From assembly GCA_963678065.2 (NCBI GenBank), contig CAXXVZ010000004.1, forward strand, positions 32,001-96,000: DNA of 64,000 nucleotides, given 5' to 3'. The notes beneath the pieces are model-generated. The model was not told the origin of the DNA. It did no database searches and was given only the letters and a program-made list of their open reading frames with translations. Positions 30,309-39,645 of the stretch are shown here, one piece after another (position 1 is the stretch's first letter; the number at the start of each line of letters is the position of its first letter). The DNA comes from Treponemataceae bacterium (GTDB lineage: Bacteria; Spirochaetota; Spirochaetia; Treponematales; Rectinemataceae). The position numbers and the translations under genes are program-made.

Positions 30309-30357
30309 ATTAATTAACTAACTTAGTTATTTAATAGGGAGTATTTCGAATTGTCAA
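30309..30357 (-). promoter_or_regulatory. Promoter with overlapping palindromic operator (probable ROK site)
   Basis: Minus strand TTGACA (30357-30352); 27-bp palindrome ATTAAtTAACTAA-C-TTAGTTAtTTAAT (30309-30335) covering the -10 region. Confidence 0.7.
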
Positions 30358-30467
30358 GTAAAAAACGATACCACTGCCCCGATTTTGACAAAATCCGGAA
30401 TGTGCGTGTGAGAAAAACACTCTGACGACGCCGGACACATGGCTCGCGGGAGCCGCAGGACCGGAGT

Positions 30468-31079
30468 CTACCGGAGAACCGGCGCCGGGCCCGCCGGCCC
30501 GCTTCCCCCAATGAGTTCCTCCCAGCCTTCCCGCGACGCCAGTTCGAGGACGGGTATGACGGGGGAAGGAAGTCCCTCAGGCCCGAGCCGGATTTCGTAG
30601 AACGCGATGTCGCGCCACTCGCCTGACTTGAAACCGACGCCCCGGTGGGTTCCGGCGAGGGACATGCCCACGGACTCGTGGAGGGCGATGCTCTCCGGGT
30701 TCGGCAGCGCGATCCCCGCCACGGCGTAACGGAAGCCCTGGGCCGAGAGCACGCGGAAGAGGGCCGCGTACAGCGTCCTTCCGAGGCCGCGCTGTCTGTG
30801 CCCGGGGTGGACGTAGACCGAGCTCTCGCAGGACCAGTCGTAGGCCTGCCTGTCCCTCCAGCGGCCGGCATACGCGTACCCGGCGATCCCGGCCCCGTCT
30901 TCCGCCACCAGCCAGGGGTAGCCGTGCCCTGCCTTGTCCCGGATGCGGCCGCGCATCGCGGACTCGTCGGGCGGATCGTACTCCCAGGATATGGCAGTGT
31001 CGCGCACGATGGGCGCGTAGATTTCGAGAATGCCTGGCGCATCCTCTTCGCGGGCGAGTCTTATTCGGTATTCCTTCAC
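30468..31079 (-). CDS. GNAT N-acetyltransferase (phosphinothricin acetyltransferase/YncA-like)
   Basis: IYAPIV..TAISWE, GYAYA, ESSVYV, RGLG, LPNPESIALHE, VGFKSGEWRD. Confidence 0.9.
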   Translation of the reverse strand: MKEYRIRLAREEDAPGILEIYAPIVRDTAISWEYDPPDESAMRGRIRDKAGHGYPWLVAEDGAGIAGYAYAGRWRDRQAYDWSCESSVYVHPGHRQRGLGRTLYAALFRVLSAQGFRYAVAGIALPNPESIALHESVGMSLAGTHRGVGFKSGEWRDIAFYEIRLGPEGLPSPVIPVLELASREGWEELIGGSGPAGPAPVLR

Positions 31080-31098
31080 ACTCCCTTCCTTTGCCGGT

Positions 31099-32499
31099 TT
31101 ACAGATCCGTTATCGTTCCGTTCGCGGCCTCGGCCGCGAGCCCCAGGGTTTCCGACAGGGTCGGATGGGGGTGGATGCTGCGGCCGATGTCTTCCATGTC
31201 GGCGCCCATCTCGATCGCCAGAGTGGCCTCCGCGATGAGCTCGCCGGCGTGGGGGCCGACAAGGGCCGCGCCGATTATCCGTTTCGTTCTCGCGTCGAAG
31301 AGGGCCTTGGTGAAGCCCTCGATGTTTCCCATGCTCAGGGAGCGCCCGCTCGCCTTCCAGGGGAAGGATCCGAGGATATACTCAATCCCCTTCTCTTTCG
31401 CCTCCTTCTCGGTCAAGCCCGTCCAGGCGAGCTCCGGAGAGGTGTAGGCGACAGAGGGGATGGCGAGGGCGACGAAGGCTGACGCGCGGCCGCAGGCGAC
31501 TTCCGCCGCCACCCTGCCCTCGTGGGCGGCCTTGTGCGCGAGCTGGGGGCCGGGCACGATGTCGCCGATGGCGAAGATGTTCGGCACCTTCGTTCTCATG
31601 CACTCGTCGACGGGAATGCGACCCTTTCCGTCCGCCTCAAGCCCAGTTTTTTCCAGGCCGATGAGGTCGGCGTTAGTCCTGCGGCCGACAGAGATGAGGG
31701 CCGCGTCGAAGAGCTCCTCCGCCTCGCCCCAGGAGACGCGTATGCCGCCTTCCTCCGCCCGCATCGCCGTCACCTTCGCGTTCAGAAAGACGCGCCAGCC
31801 TGAGCGCTTGTACTTCCGCTGGAGGACTTCGGCCAGATCGGCGTCGGCGGGCGGAACGAGGTGGTCCATCATCTCGACGATGGTGATCTCGCTGCCGAAT
31901 GCGCTGTAGACGGTCGCCATCTCGAGCCCGATGATTCCCCCGCCGAGAATGAACAGGCGTTTCGGGATCGAGTCGAGCCTGAGGGCGTCCGTCGAGTTCC
32001 ACACACGGCTGTCCCCGTGGGGAAATCCGGATATCTCTATAGGGCGCGAGCCGGCCGCGATGATGCACTGTCCGAAGTGGAGGCCAAGCCGCCCATCGGC
32101 CGTCTTCACCTCGAGGGTCGAAGAGGAGGAGAAGGCGCCTTCGCCCCGGATCACCTCTACCTTGCGGCGCTTCGCGAGGAATTCGAGTCCCTTGGTGAGG
32201 GTTCCGACGACGGAATCGCGCTGGGCCCTCACTCTGCCGAGATCGATGGCCGGCTCGCCGAATGAAAGGCCGTATTTCGCCGCCCCCCTGGCCTGCTCGA
32301 TGGTCTCTGCCAGGGTAAGGAGGCTCTTGGAGGGAATGCATCCGACGTTGAGGCAGACACCGCCCAGGGTCTGCCCCCTGTCGACGATGGTCACCTTCTT
32401 GCCGGTTCCGGCGAGGATGTCGGCCGCGCGGAAGGCGGCGGTGTAGCCGCCCGGCCCGCCGCCGAGCACGAGGATGTCGGTATCGAGTGTCGTGTTCAT
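31099..32499 (-). CDS. lpdA: Dihydrolipoamide dehydrogenase (E3)
   Basis: GGGPGGY, GGVCLNVGCIPSK, LAHKA, HPHPTLSE. Confidence 0.96.
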   Translation of the reverse strand: MNTTLDTDILVLGGGPGGYTAAFRAADILAGTGKKVTIVDRGQTLGGVCLNVGCIPSKSLLTLAETIEQARGAAKYGLSFGEPAIDLGRVRAQRDSVVGTLTKGLEFLAKRRKVEVIRGEGAFSSSSTLEVKTADGRLGLHFGQCIIAAGSRPIEISGFPHGDSRVWNSTDALRLDSIPKRLFILGGGIIGLEMATVYSAFGSEITIVEMMDHLVPPADADLAEVLQRKYKRSGWRVFLNAKVTAMRAEEGGIRVSWGEAEELFDAALISVGRRTNADLIGLEKTGLEADGKGRIPVDECMRTKVPNIFAIGDIVPGPQLAHKAAHEGRVAAEVACGRASAFVALAIPSVAYTSPELAWTGLTEKEAKEKGIEYILGSFPWKASGRSLSMGNIEGFTKALFDARTKRIIGAALVGPHAGELIAEATLAIEMGADMEDIGRSIHPHPTLSETLGLAAEAANGTITDL

Positions 32500-32525
32500 G
32501 ATCCTTCCTTGTCGGCCTCGCCCAT

Positions 32526-33929
32526 TCAGATGAGGAGAGCGGCCGGATCGCCCATGAGGGCCGCGAAATGGCGGCAGAACCGCGCCCCCTCGGCCCCGTC
32601 GATCGCCCTGTGATCGTAGGACAGCGAGAAGGGAAGCACAAGCCGCGGCAGGAAGCCGCCGGACTTTTCATCCCAGACAGGCCTCATCGTCGCACGCGAG
32701 AGCCCGAGAATGGCGACCTCGGGCGGATTGATGATGGGCGTGAAGGCCGTGCCGCCGATACTCCCGAGGCTCGAAATCGTGAAGGTCGAGCCGGTCATGT
32801 CGTCGGGCGTGAGTTTTCCGGCCGCGGCCTTGGCCGAGAGTTCCTTCAGTTCCGCGCCGATCTCCCGAAGGCTCTTTTTGTCCGCTCCCTTGATCGAGGG
32901 AACGAGGAGCCCCGCCTCGGTCGATACCGCGAAACCTATGTTGTAGTATTTCTTGACGGCGAACTCTCCCTTTTCCGGAAGAAGGGTCGAGTTGAAGAGA
33001 GGGAATGCCTTGAGCGTCGCGACGCTCGCTTTTATCGCGAAGGCCAGAGCCGTGAGCTTGATACCCTCGGCTTCGAGATGCCGGTTCGAGCGCGAGCGGA
33101 AAGCCTCGAGCTCCGTGATGTCGACCTCGTCGAACTGGGTGACATGAGGAATCGTCTGCCAGCTCTCCGCGAGGCGCGGGCCGGAGAGGCGCTTGATGCG
33201 CGATGCGGGGACGATTTCGATTTCGCCGTATTTCCTGAAGGATTCGGGATCGACGGGGGAGGACTTCCTGAGGACATATGCCGCGTCGCCTCCGGTCCCG
33301 GACGGAAGGCCCGACTGGAGCGCCGCGAGGCGCGCCTTGACGTAGACGGCCACATCCTCGCGCCTGATCCTGCCCTTCGGCCCCGTCCCTCTCACGAAGG
33401 CGAGGTCGGCGCCCAGCTCGCGGGCGAAGAGCCTCACCGAGGGGGAGGCGTGGTAGAGCCCGTGCCCGGACGACGAAGGCGCTGTCTCCGGTTCCGGCGC
33501 GGACTCCGCCGTCCTGCCCATCCTGTCCGCCGGCGCAGGCAAAGGCGAGGGCGCGGATTCGGCGGCCATGGGCATCGGGGAAGCAGAAGCGGGGCCGGCC
33601 TCCTCAGAGGCCGGGATCTCCTCGGCGGTCGAGCTTTCTTCGGAGGCCGCGACCTTTTCGGTGACTGCGGCCTTTTCGGGGGCCTCCCCTTCCAGCTCGA
33701 GTGTCCCGAGGAGGTCGCCCTCCGAGACCTTGTCGCCGCGCACCACACTCACCGTGAGGACCCTGCCCGATTCGGGCGCGGGCACCTCGATCACAGCCTT
33801 CTCCGACTCGAGCGAAACCATCGGATCGTTCTTGGCGAGCGGAGTTCCGGCCACCATGAAAATCTCGACGACGGGAACTCCCGAGAAATCGCCGAGCTTC
33901 GGGACCCGCAGTTCCATAGTTCGTACCAT
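32526..33929 (-). CDS. aceF: Pyruvate dehydrogenase E2, dihydrolipoamide acetyltransferase (single lipoyl domain)
   Basis: ESEKAVIEVP lipoyl site, ASPSVR..GTGPKGRI, FTPIINPPE, SYDHRAIDGA. Confidence 0.95.
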   Translation of the reverse strand: MVRTMELRVPKLGDFSGVPVVEIFMVAGTPLAKNDPMVSLESEKAVIEVPAPESGRVLTVSVVRGDKVSEGDLLGTLELEGEAPEKAAVTEKVAASEESSTAEEIPASEEAGPASASPMPMAAESAPSPLPAPADRMGRTAESAPEPETAPSSSGHGLYHASPSVRLFARELGADLAFVRGTGPKGRIRREDVAVYVKARLAALQSGLPSGTGGDAAYVLRKSSPVDPESFRKYGEIEIVPASRIKRLSGPRLAESWQTIPHVTQFDEVDITELEAFRSRSNRHLEAEGIKLTALAFAIKASVATLKAFPLFNSTLLPEKGEFAVKKYYNIGFAVSTEAGLLVPSIKGADKKSLREIGAELKELSAKAAAGKLTPDDMTGSTFTISSLGSIGGTAFTPIINPPEVAILGLSRATMRPVWDEKSGGFLPRLVLPFSLSYDHRAIDGAEGARFCRHFAALMGDPAALLI

Positions 33930-33940
33930 GCTGTCTCCCT

Positions 33941-36664
33941 TCAGACGGAAAGCCGATCCGGCCTGTCCGCGTCGATCCCGTAGATCTCCAGCGCCTTGAC
34001 GGGCGCGTCGGAGCCGATATCGCCCGCTTCCTTCAGGGCAGTCAGAGCGGCGAGCGCGATATGTCGGCGGTCGACTTCGAAGAAATCGCGCAGGGCTGTG
34101 CGCGTGTCGCTGCGCCCGAAGCCGTCCGTGCCGAGTACGGTGAGGGGCATCGGGACGAGACGCCGGACCTGTTCGGGGTAGGCGCGGATGTAATCGGTCG
34201 CGATGACGGCTGGCCCCGCGCGCCCAGAAAGCTGCGCGGTCATGTACGGAATACGGGATGGCTCAGCCGGGTGGAAGCGGTTCCAGCGCTCGGCCTCTAT
34301 GCCGTCCCGGTGGAGCTGGTTGATGCCGGGCAGGCTCCAGATGTCGGCTCCGACGCCGAAATCCGCCGCGAGCAGTTCTGCCGCCGCGATGACTTCGTTC
34401 AGAATGGCGCCGGAACCCATGAGCTGGACCCGCGGGCCTGGTGCGCCCGGCCCCGACAGGCCTGCCGCGGCGGCCTCGCTCTCCGTTCCAGCTCCGGATC
34501 CCGGCCGGGCCATTGTCGACCTGAGAAGGTACATGCCTCTGATTATGCCTTCCTCGGCCCCGGCGGGCATGGCGGGCTGGACGTAGTTCTCGTTGAGGAG
34601 GGATATGTAATAGTAGACATCCTCCTCGTCGCGGTACATCCGCCTCATTCCGTCCTGGAGAATGACGGCGAGCTCGTAGACGAAGCCCGGGTCGTAGGAG
34701 CGGCAGTTCGGGATGGTGGCCGCGAGGAGCTGACCGTGGCCGTCCTCGTGCTGGAGACCCTCGCCGTTGAGGGTAGTCCGCCCCGAAGTGGCGCCGAGGA
34801 GGAAGCCTCGGGCCCGGGAGTCGCCCGCGGCCCAGGCCATGTCGCCGATTCGCTGGAAGCCGAACATCGAGTAGAAGATGTAGAAGGGCATCATGTGGAC
34901 GCCGTAGTTGGCGTAGGCCGTGCCGGCCGCGATCCAGGAGGCCATGGAGCCGGCCTCGGTTATGCCCTCCTCCAGAATCTGGCCGGCGGGGTCCTCGCGG
35001 TACCACATGATGGATTCGGAGTCCTCGGGCTGGTAGAGCTGTCCCGCAGGCGAGTAGATGCCTATCTGGCGGAAGAGGCCCTCCATGCCGAAGGTTCGAG
35101 CCTCGTCGGCGACGATGGGCACAACCTGCTTTCCGATGTTTTTGTCTTTGACGAGGGTGTTGAGGAAGCGCACGAAGCCCATCGTCGTCGACATCTCTTT
35201 CTCGCCGGAACCCCCGAGGAGTCCGGCGAAATCAGAGAGGGGCGGGACCGCCGCAGGGCCGATCTTCCCGCGCCGCGAGGGAAGGTGGCCGCCGAGTTTT
35301 TCGCGCTGCCCGCGGATGAACGCGCCCTCGTCGCTTCCCGGAGCGGGTTTTATGAAGGGCAGAGCCTCGAGCTCCTCATCCTTGAGCGGGACGTGGAAGC
35401 GGTCCCGGAAAACCACGAGGGAGGCCAGGTCCATGCTCTTCTGACTGTGGGCGATGTTGGCCGACTCGCCGGAGCGACCCATGCCGTAGCCCTTGACCGT
35501 CTGCGCGAGGATGAGGGTGGGCTGTCCCCTGTGCGCCACTGCGGCCGCGTAGGCCGCGTACACCTTCCTGGGGTCGTGCCCGCCCCGCGACATCTGCTTC
35601 AGCTCCTGGTCGCTCATGTCCGCCACGAGCTCCGCGAGTCGGGGATCGCGGCCGAAGATCTTTTTCCGGATGTAGGCTCCGTCGCGGGAACCGATGGCCT
35701 GGAGTTCACCGTCGACCATGTTCCCGAGCGTCGCAAGGAGGATTCCATCTTTGTCCCGCGCGAGGATCGGATCCCACTCGCTTCCCCATATGACCTTGAT
35801 CACGTTCCAGCCGGCGCCGCGGAACACGCCTTCGAGTTCCTGGACGATCTTGCCGTTGCCGCGCACCGGGCCGTCCAGCCTCTGCAGGTTGCAGTTGATG
35901 ACGAATATGAGGTTGTCGAGCTTCTCGCGCGCCGCGAGGCTGATCGCTCCCCGGGTTTCCGGCTCGTCGGTCTCCCCGTCGCCGATGAAGGCCCAGACTT
36001 TCCGGCCCCCCGTTTTCGCGAGTCCGCGCGCCTCCATGTACTTCATGAATCTCGCCTGGTACATGGCGTCGATGGGGCCGAGTCCCATGGAGACCGTCGG
36101 GAATTCCCAGAAATCCTTCATGAGCCAGGGATGGGGGTAGGATGAAAGTCCGGTCCCGTCGGCTTCCCTCCGGAATTTTTCGAGGTCGGCTTCTTCGAGC
36201 CGCCCTTCGACGAAAGCCCGGGCGTAGATGCCGGGCGCCGAATGTCCCTGGAAGTAGACCATGTCGGCGCCGTTCTCCGCGCCGGGGCCCCTGAAGAACC
36301 AGTTGAAGCCGACCTCGTAGAGGACCGCCGAGGAGGCGAAGCTCGCTATGTGGCCGCCGATGCCGTGGAAATCCCGGTTCGCGCGCGCGACCATGGCCAT
36401 GGCGTTCCAGCGGACATAGGCCCCGACATTGCGCGCAACGAGGCTGCCCGCGGGTATTTTCCGTGATTTTTCCGGCGCTATCGTGTTCGCGTAGGCTGTC
36501 GTGGCGTCAAAGGGAAGGGCGACTCCACGCGAAAAAGCCCTGTCGGCGAGTCGCTTCAGGAGGAACTCCACCTTTGCCGGGCCTTCCGCCTCCATCAGGG
36601 CGTCGAGAGCTTTGAGCCACTCCTGGGTTTCTTCCGCATCCTGGTCCAGGAAGTTTTCCTCCAT
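33941..36664 (-). CDS. aceE: Pyruvate dehydrogenase E1, homodimeric type
   Basis: ETQEWL, GGHIASFAS, FPTVSMGLGP, GDGETDEPE, NCNLQRLDGPVRGNGK, YSMFGFQR, GTDGFGRSD. Confidence 0.97.
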   Translation of the reverse strand: MEENFLDQDAEETQEWLKALDALMEAEGPAKVEFLLKRLADRAFSRGVALPFDATTAYANTIAPEKSRKIPAGSLVARNVGAYVRWNAMAMVARANRDFHGIGGHIASFASSAVLYEVGFNWFFRGPGAENGADMVYFQGHSAPGIYARAFVEGRLEEADLEKFRREADGTGLSSYPHPWLMKDFWEFPTVSMGLGPIDAMYQARFMKYMEARGLAKTGGRKVWAFIGDGETDEPETRGAISLAAREKLDNLIFVINCNLQRLDGPVRGNGKIVQELEGVFRGAGWNVIKVIWGSEWDPILARDKDGILLATLGNMVDGELQAIGSRDGAYIRKKIFGRDPRLAELVADMSDQELKQMSRGGHDPRKVYAAYAAAVAHRGQPTLILAQTVKGYGMGRSGESANIAHSQKSMDLASLVVFRDRFHVPLKDEELEALPFIKPAPGSDEGAFIRGQREKLGGHLPSRRGKIGPAAVPPLSDFAGLLGGSGEKEMSTTMGFVRFLNTLVKDKNIGKQVVPIVADEARTFGMEGLFRQIGIYSPAGQLYQPEDSESIMWYREDPAGQILEEGITEAGSMASWIAAGTAYANYGVHMMPFYIFYSMFGFQRIGDMAWAAGDSRARGFLLGATSGRTTLNGEGLQHEDGHGQLLAATIPNCRSYDPGFVYELAVILQDGMRRMYRDEEDVYYYISLLNENYVQPAMPAGAEEGIIRGMYLLRSTMARPGSGAGTESEAAAAGLSGPGAPGPRVQLMGSGAILNEVIAAAELLAADFGVGADIWSLPGINQLHRDGIEAERWNRFHPAEPSRIPYMTAQLSGRAGPAVIATDYIRAYPEQVRRLVPMPLTVLGTDGFGRSDTRTALRDFFEVDRRHIALAALTALKEAGDIGSDAPVKALEIYGIDADRPDRLSV

Positions 36665-36963
36665 ACAAACTCCTTACAAACTCCTCTCGGATCGTGAAAA
36701 ACAAGTCGCCGCGCTTTTTGTTTTCCGCTATCGTCATCTCACAGTATTAAAGCTATGGGCCTGGAATTGAATGTCAAGGAAAAGGGAGAGCCTTTATCTG
36801 TTTTTTTGCATATTCCGGGTGGAGGCGAGGACAAAGAGAACCTGGAAAAGAAGTTTTTTGTGCGAGGAGACAAAATCGGAAAAAAAAACACAAATCATTC
36901 CAATACGGCCGGGGAAACCTGCCCTACCATAGCAGCTGCATTGCGGAAAAAGGGAGGCGTCCG

Positions 36964-37986
36964 ATGGCGTCAAAAGGCTCCTACATAATCGTGGGCGAGA
37001 ATATTCACTGCACGCGCATCCGAATGGCGACGGGCAAATTCGTCACGACCCTGAAGGACGGGCGGAACGCCCTCGTCTTCAAGGCGGACAAGGAGACCCG
37101 GCATCTGCCGATCCCCGAATCATTCATCGCCGGAGACGAATGGCAGAACGGAAAGATCAAGCACGTGGCGGTGGCCATCCACCAGGGTATGTACGGCTCC
37201 GACGAGGACAAAGAGGCCGGAAGGGCCTATCTCGTCGCCATGGCCCGTGAGCAGGAGGCCGCCGGCGCCTGGTTCCTCGATGTGAACGTGGACGAATTCA
37301 GCCACGACAAGAGCGAAAAAATCAAGGCGATAGAGTGGACGGCATCGCTGCTCCAGTCGGCCGTGAGCCTGCCCCTCAGCATCGATTCCTCGGATCCCGG
37401 CATCCTCAAGGCCGGACTCGAAGCCTGCGACGCGGCGAAGGGCAAACCCCTCGTCAACTCGGTGTCCCTCGAACGGGCAAGCATGATTCCGATCGCCGCG
37501 AAGGCGGACGCCTGCGTCATTGCGGGAGCCACCGGCGAAAGCCGCATGCCCGAAACTGTCGACGAGCGGGTCGCCAATATCGGCCGGCTCATGTCGAGGC
37601 TGGAGGACGAAGGTTTCGCCCGCCGGGACATCTTCCTCGATCCCCTCGTCATGCCCGTGTCCGTCAATACGCAGAATCCTTCCCTTGTCCTGGAATCGGT
37701 GCGCATCCTGCGCTCGGCCTACGGCGAAGCCATCCACTTTGCGCCTGGCCTGAGCAATGTATCCTTCGGCCTTCCGAAGCGGAATGTCATCAACCAGACC
37801 TTCGCCTGGCTCTGCCTCCGGGAGGGCTGCGACGGCGGAATCGTCGATCCCATGCAGATCAACGACTCGGTCCTCGGCTCCATCGATTTCAACGATGAAT
37901 TCTACAGGCTCGCAAAGGATTTGCTGCTCGGGAACGACGAGTATGGCATGAACTTCATCACCGCTGTCCGCGAAGCGAAAGCCTGA
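36964..37986 (+). CDS. Pterin-binding methyltetrahydrofolate:corrinoid methyltransferase (AcsE/MT2-like)
   Basis: IIVGENIH, GAWFLDVNV, PLSIDSS, LVNSVS, FLDPLV, GLSNVSFGLP, GIVDP. Confidence 0.85.
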   Translation: MASKGSYIIVGENIHCTRIRMATGKFVTTLKDGRNALVFKADKETRHLPIPESFIAGDEWQNGKIKHVAVAIHQGMYGSDEDKEAGRAYLVAMAREQEAAGAWFLDVNVDEFSHDKSEKIKAIEWTASLLQSAVSLPLSIDSSDPGILKAGLEACDAAKGKPLVNSVSLERASMIPIAAKADACVIAGATGESRMPETVDERVANIGRLMSRLEDEGFARRDIFLDPLVMPVSVNTQNPSLVLESVRILRSAYGEAIHFAPGLSNVSFGLPKRNVINQTFAWLCLREGCDGGIVDPMQINDSVLGSIDFNDEFYRLAKDLLLGNDEYGMNFITAVREAKA

Positions 37987-38003
37987 AGACCGGGAGAAAG
38001 ACC

Positions 38004-38801
38004 ATGAGACAACATATAGAGAACAAGATCTACCATGTCGAGATCCTGCCCCCGAAGCAGGATACCGAGAAACTCGAGGCCGACATGGAAAATTTCGCAG
38101 TCAAATTCAACCGCGTGATGGAGAGCGGCTACTGCGCCTGCATCACGGACAACGCCATGGGCAATCTGGCCTTCCAGGGCACCGAGATGATCGTCGAGCT
38201 CGGACTCGAGCCCAAGACCGACATGGTCCTCATACATCTCAATACTTTCCATACAAAAGAGAACCTTCACGAGATACTGGACGCCTGCGCCGCGAAAAAC
38301 ATCCACAACCTTCTTGTCATTTCAGGCGATGGTTCGGACCGACTCCCGCGGCTCTCTCCCGAGGACATCGGGGAGAAAGGCATCGAGGCGGTGACCTCGG
38401 TCGAGCTGCTCCGGTACATCGAGCGCGAGTATCCGGGCGTTTTCAACATGGGCGTGGCCTTCAATCCCTACGAGCCGGAAGAGCACGAGTTCGACAAAAT
38501 GAGGCGGAAGATCGACGCGGGGGCCCGGTTCATCATCACCCAGCCTGTGATCGAGCGCCATCCGGTCGTGGACAGACTCCTCGCCGCGTATTCCGGGATG
38601 CCCGTCATCGTCGAGGCGTGGATGAGCAAGAAACTCAGCCTGCTCTCGGAGGCGGTGGGCTATGAAATCCCCGAAGGCACGCCCTACGACCCCATGGCAT
38701 GTCTCCGAACACTTCACATCAACTATCCGAAATGCGGCATCTACCTGGCCCTCCTCGGTTTCAAGACCCAGTACGACCTTCTGGCCGGGTCCTGGAAATG
38801 A
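38004..38801 (+). CDS. metF: Methylenetetrahydrofolate reductase (short MetF-like)
   Basis: EILPPK, ITDN, IHL, LVISGD, GVAFNPY, KIDAGARFIITQP. Confidence 0.82.
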   Translation: MRQHIENKIYHVEILPPKQDTEKLEADMENFAVKFNRVMESGYCACITDNAMGNLAFQGTEMIVELGLEPKTDMVLIHLNTFHTKENLHEILDACAAKNIHNLLVISGDGSDRLPRLSPEDIGEKGIEAVTSVELLRYIEREYPGVFNMGVAFNPYEPEEHEFDKMRRKIDAGARFIITQPVIERHPVVDRLLAAYSGMPVIVEAWMSKKLSLLSEAVGYEIPEGTPYDPMACLRTLHINYPKCGIYLALLGFKTQYDLLAGSWK

Positions 38802-38811
38802 GGGGCGCGGC

Positions 38812-39609
38812 ATGAAGATCGTCGTCTGCATCAAGCAGGTTCCCGGAACGAACGACGCGAAGATCGATCCTGAAACCAAGAGAATCATCCGCGAAGGCAT
38901 AAAGGCGACCATGAACCCCTTCGACACCTACGCGCTCGAAGAGGCTGTCCGGATAAAGGAAAAGATCGGGGGGGAGGTCATCGCCCTTTCCATGGGACCG
39001 CCCCGCGCCGACATCGTCCTCCGCGAGGCGATTTCCGTCGGGGCCGACAGGGGCATCCTCCTGAGCGATCGGGCTTTCGGCGGATCGGACACATGGGCGA
39101 CGAGCTATGCCCTTTCGAGGGCTGTGGAGAAGATCGGCGGAGTCGACCTCGTGATCTGCGGCAAGCAGGCCATCGACGGCGATACCGCCCAGGTCGGCCC
39201 CGGAATCGCAGCCCAGCTGAGCTGGGCGCAGGCTACCTATGTCATGGCCATCTCGGGAATAGAGCAGGGGGAGGGAGGGACGTTTCTGGCCAAGCGCATG
39301 CACGAGGATGGCTTCGATATCTGCCAAGTCAGCTTCCCCGTCGTCGTCACGGTCGTGAAGGATATCAACCAGCCCCGGATTCCCACCCTCAAGGGCCGAC
39401 TCGCCGCGCAAAAATGTGAAGTCCAGGTCTGGACAGCGGCGGATATCGGAGCGGAACCCGATAAAATCGGCCTCGACGGATCGCCGACACGGGTAGTCAA
39501 GACCAACCCTCCCCCCGCGAGGAAAACCAACACGCTCAAAGTTTCCGGGACGGCGGCGGAATGCGCCGAAGCTCTCCTGCGCAAGCTCAGATCGATGAGC
39601 CTCGTGTAA
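38812..39609 (+). CDS. etfB: Electron transfer flavoprotein beta subunit
   Basis: MKIVVCIKQVP, NPFD, MGPP, SDRAFGGSDT, GKQAIDGDTAQVGP, GSPTRV. Confidence 0.95.
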   Translation: MKIVVCIKQVPGTNDAKIDPETKRIIREGIKATMNPFDTYALEEAVRIKEKIGGEVIALSMGPPRADIVLREAISVGADRGILLSDRAFGGSDTWATSYALSRAVEKIGGVDLVICGKQAIDGDTAQVGPGIAAQLSWAQATYVMAISGIEQGEGGTFLAKRMHEDGFDICQVSFPVVVTVVKDINQPRIPTLKGRLAAQKCEVQVWTAADIGAEPDKIGLDGSPTRVVKTNPPPARKTNTLKVSGTAAECAEALLRKLRSMSLV

Positions 39610-39645
39610 CAGCGCAACCACAGCTTTCCTTAGGAGCACGAACCG

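Noticed and set aside
33560..33690. Short degenerate 18-nt repeats in aceF
   Set aside because: Ordinary Ala/Glu/Pro-rich E2 linker, not a repeat array.
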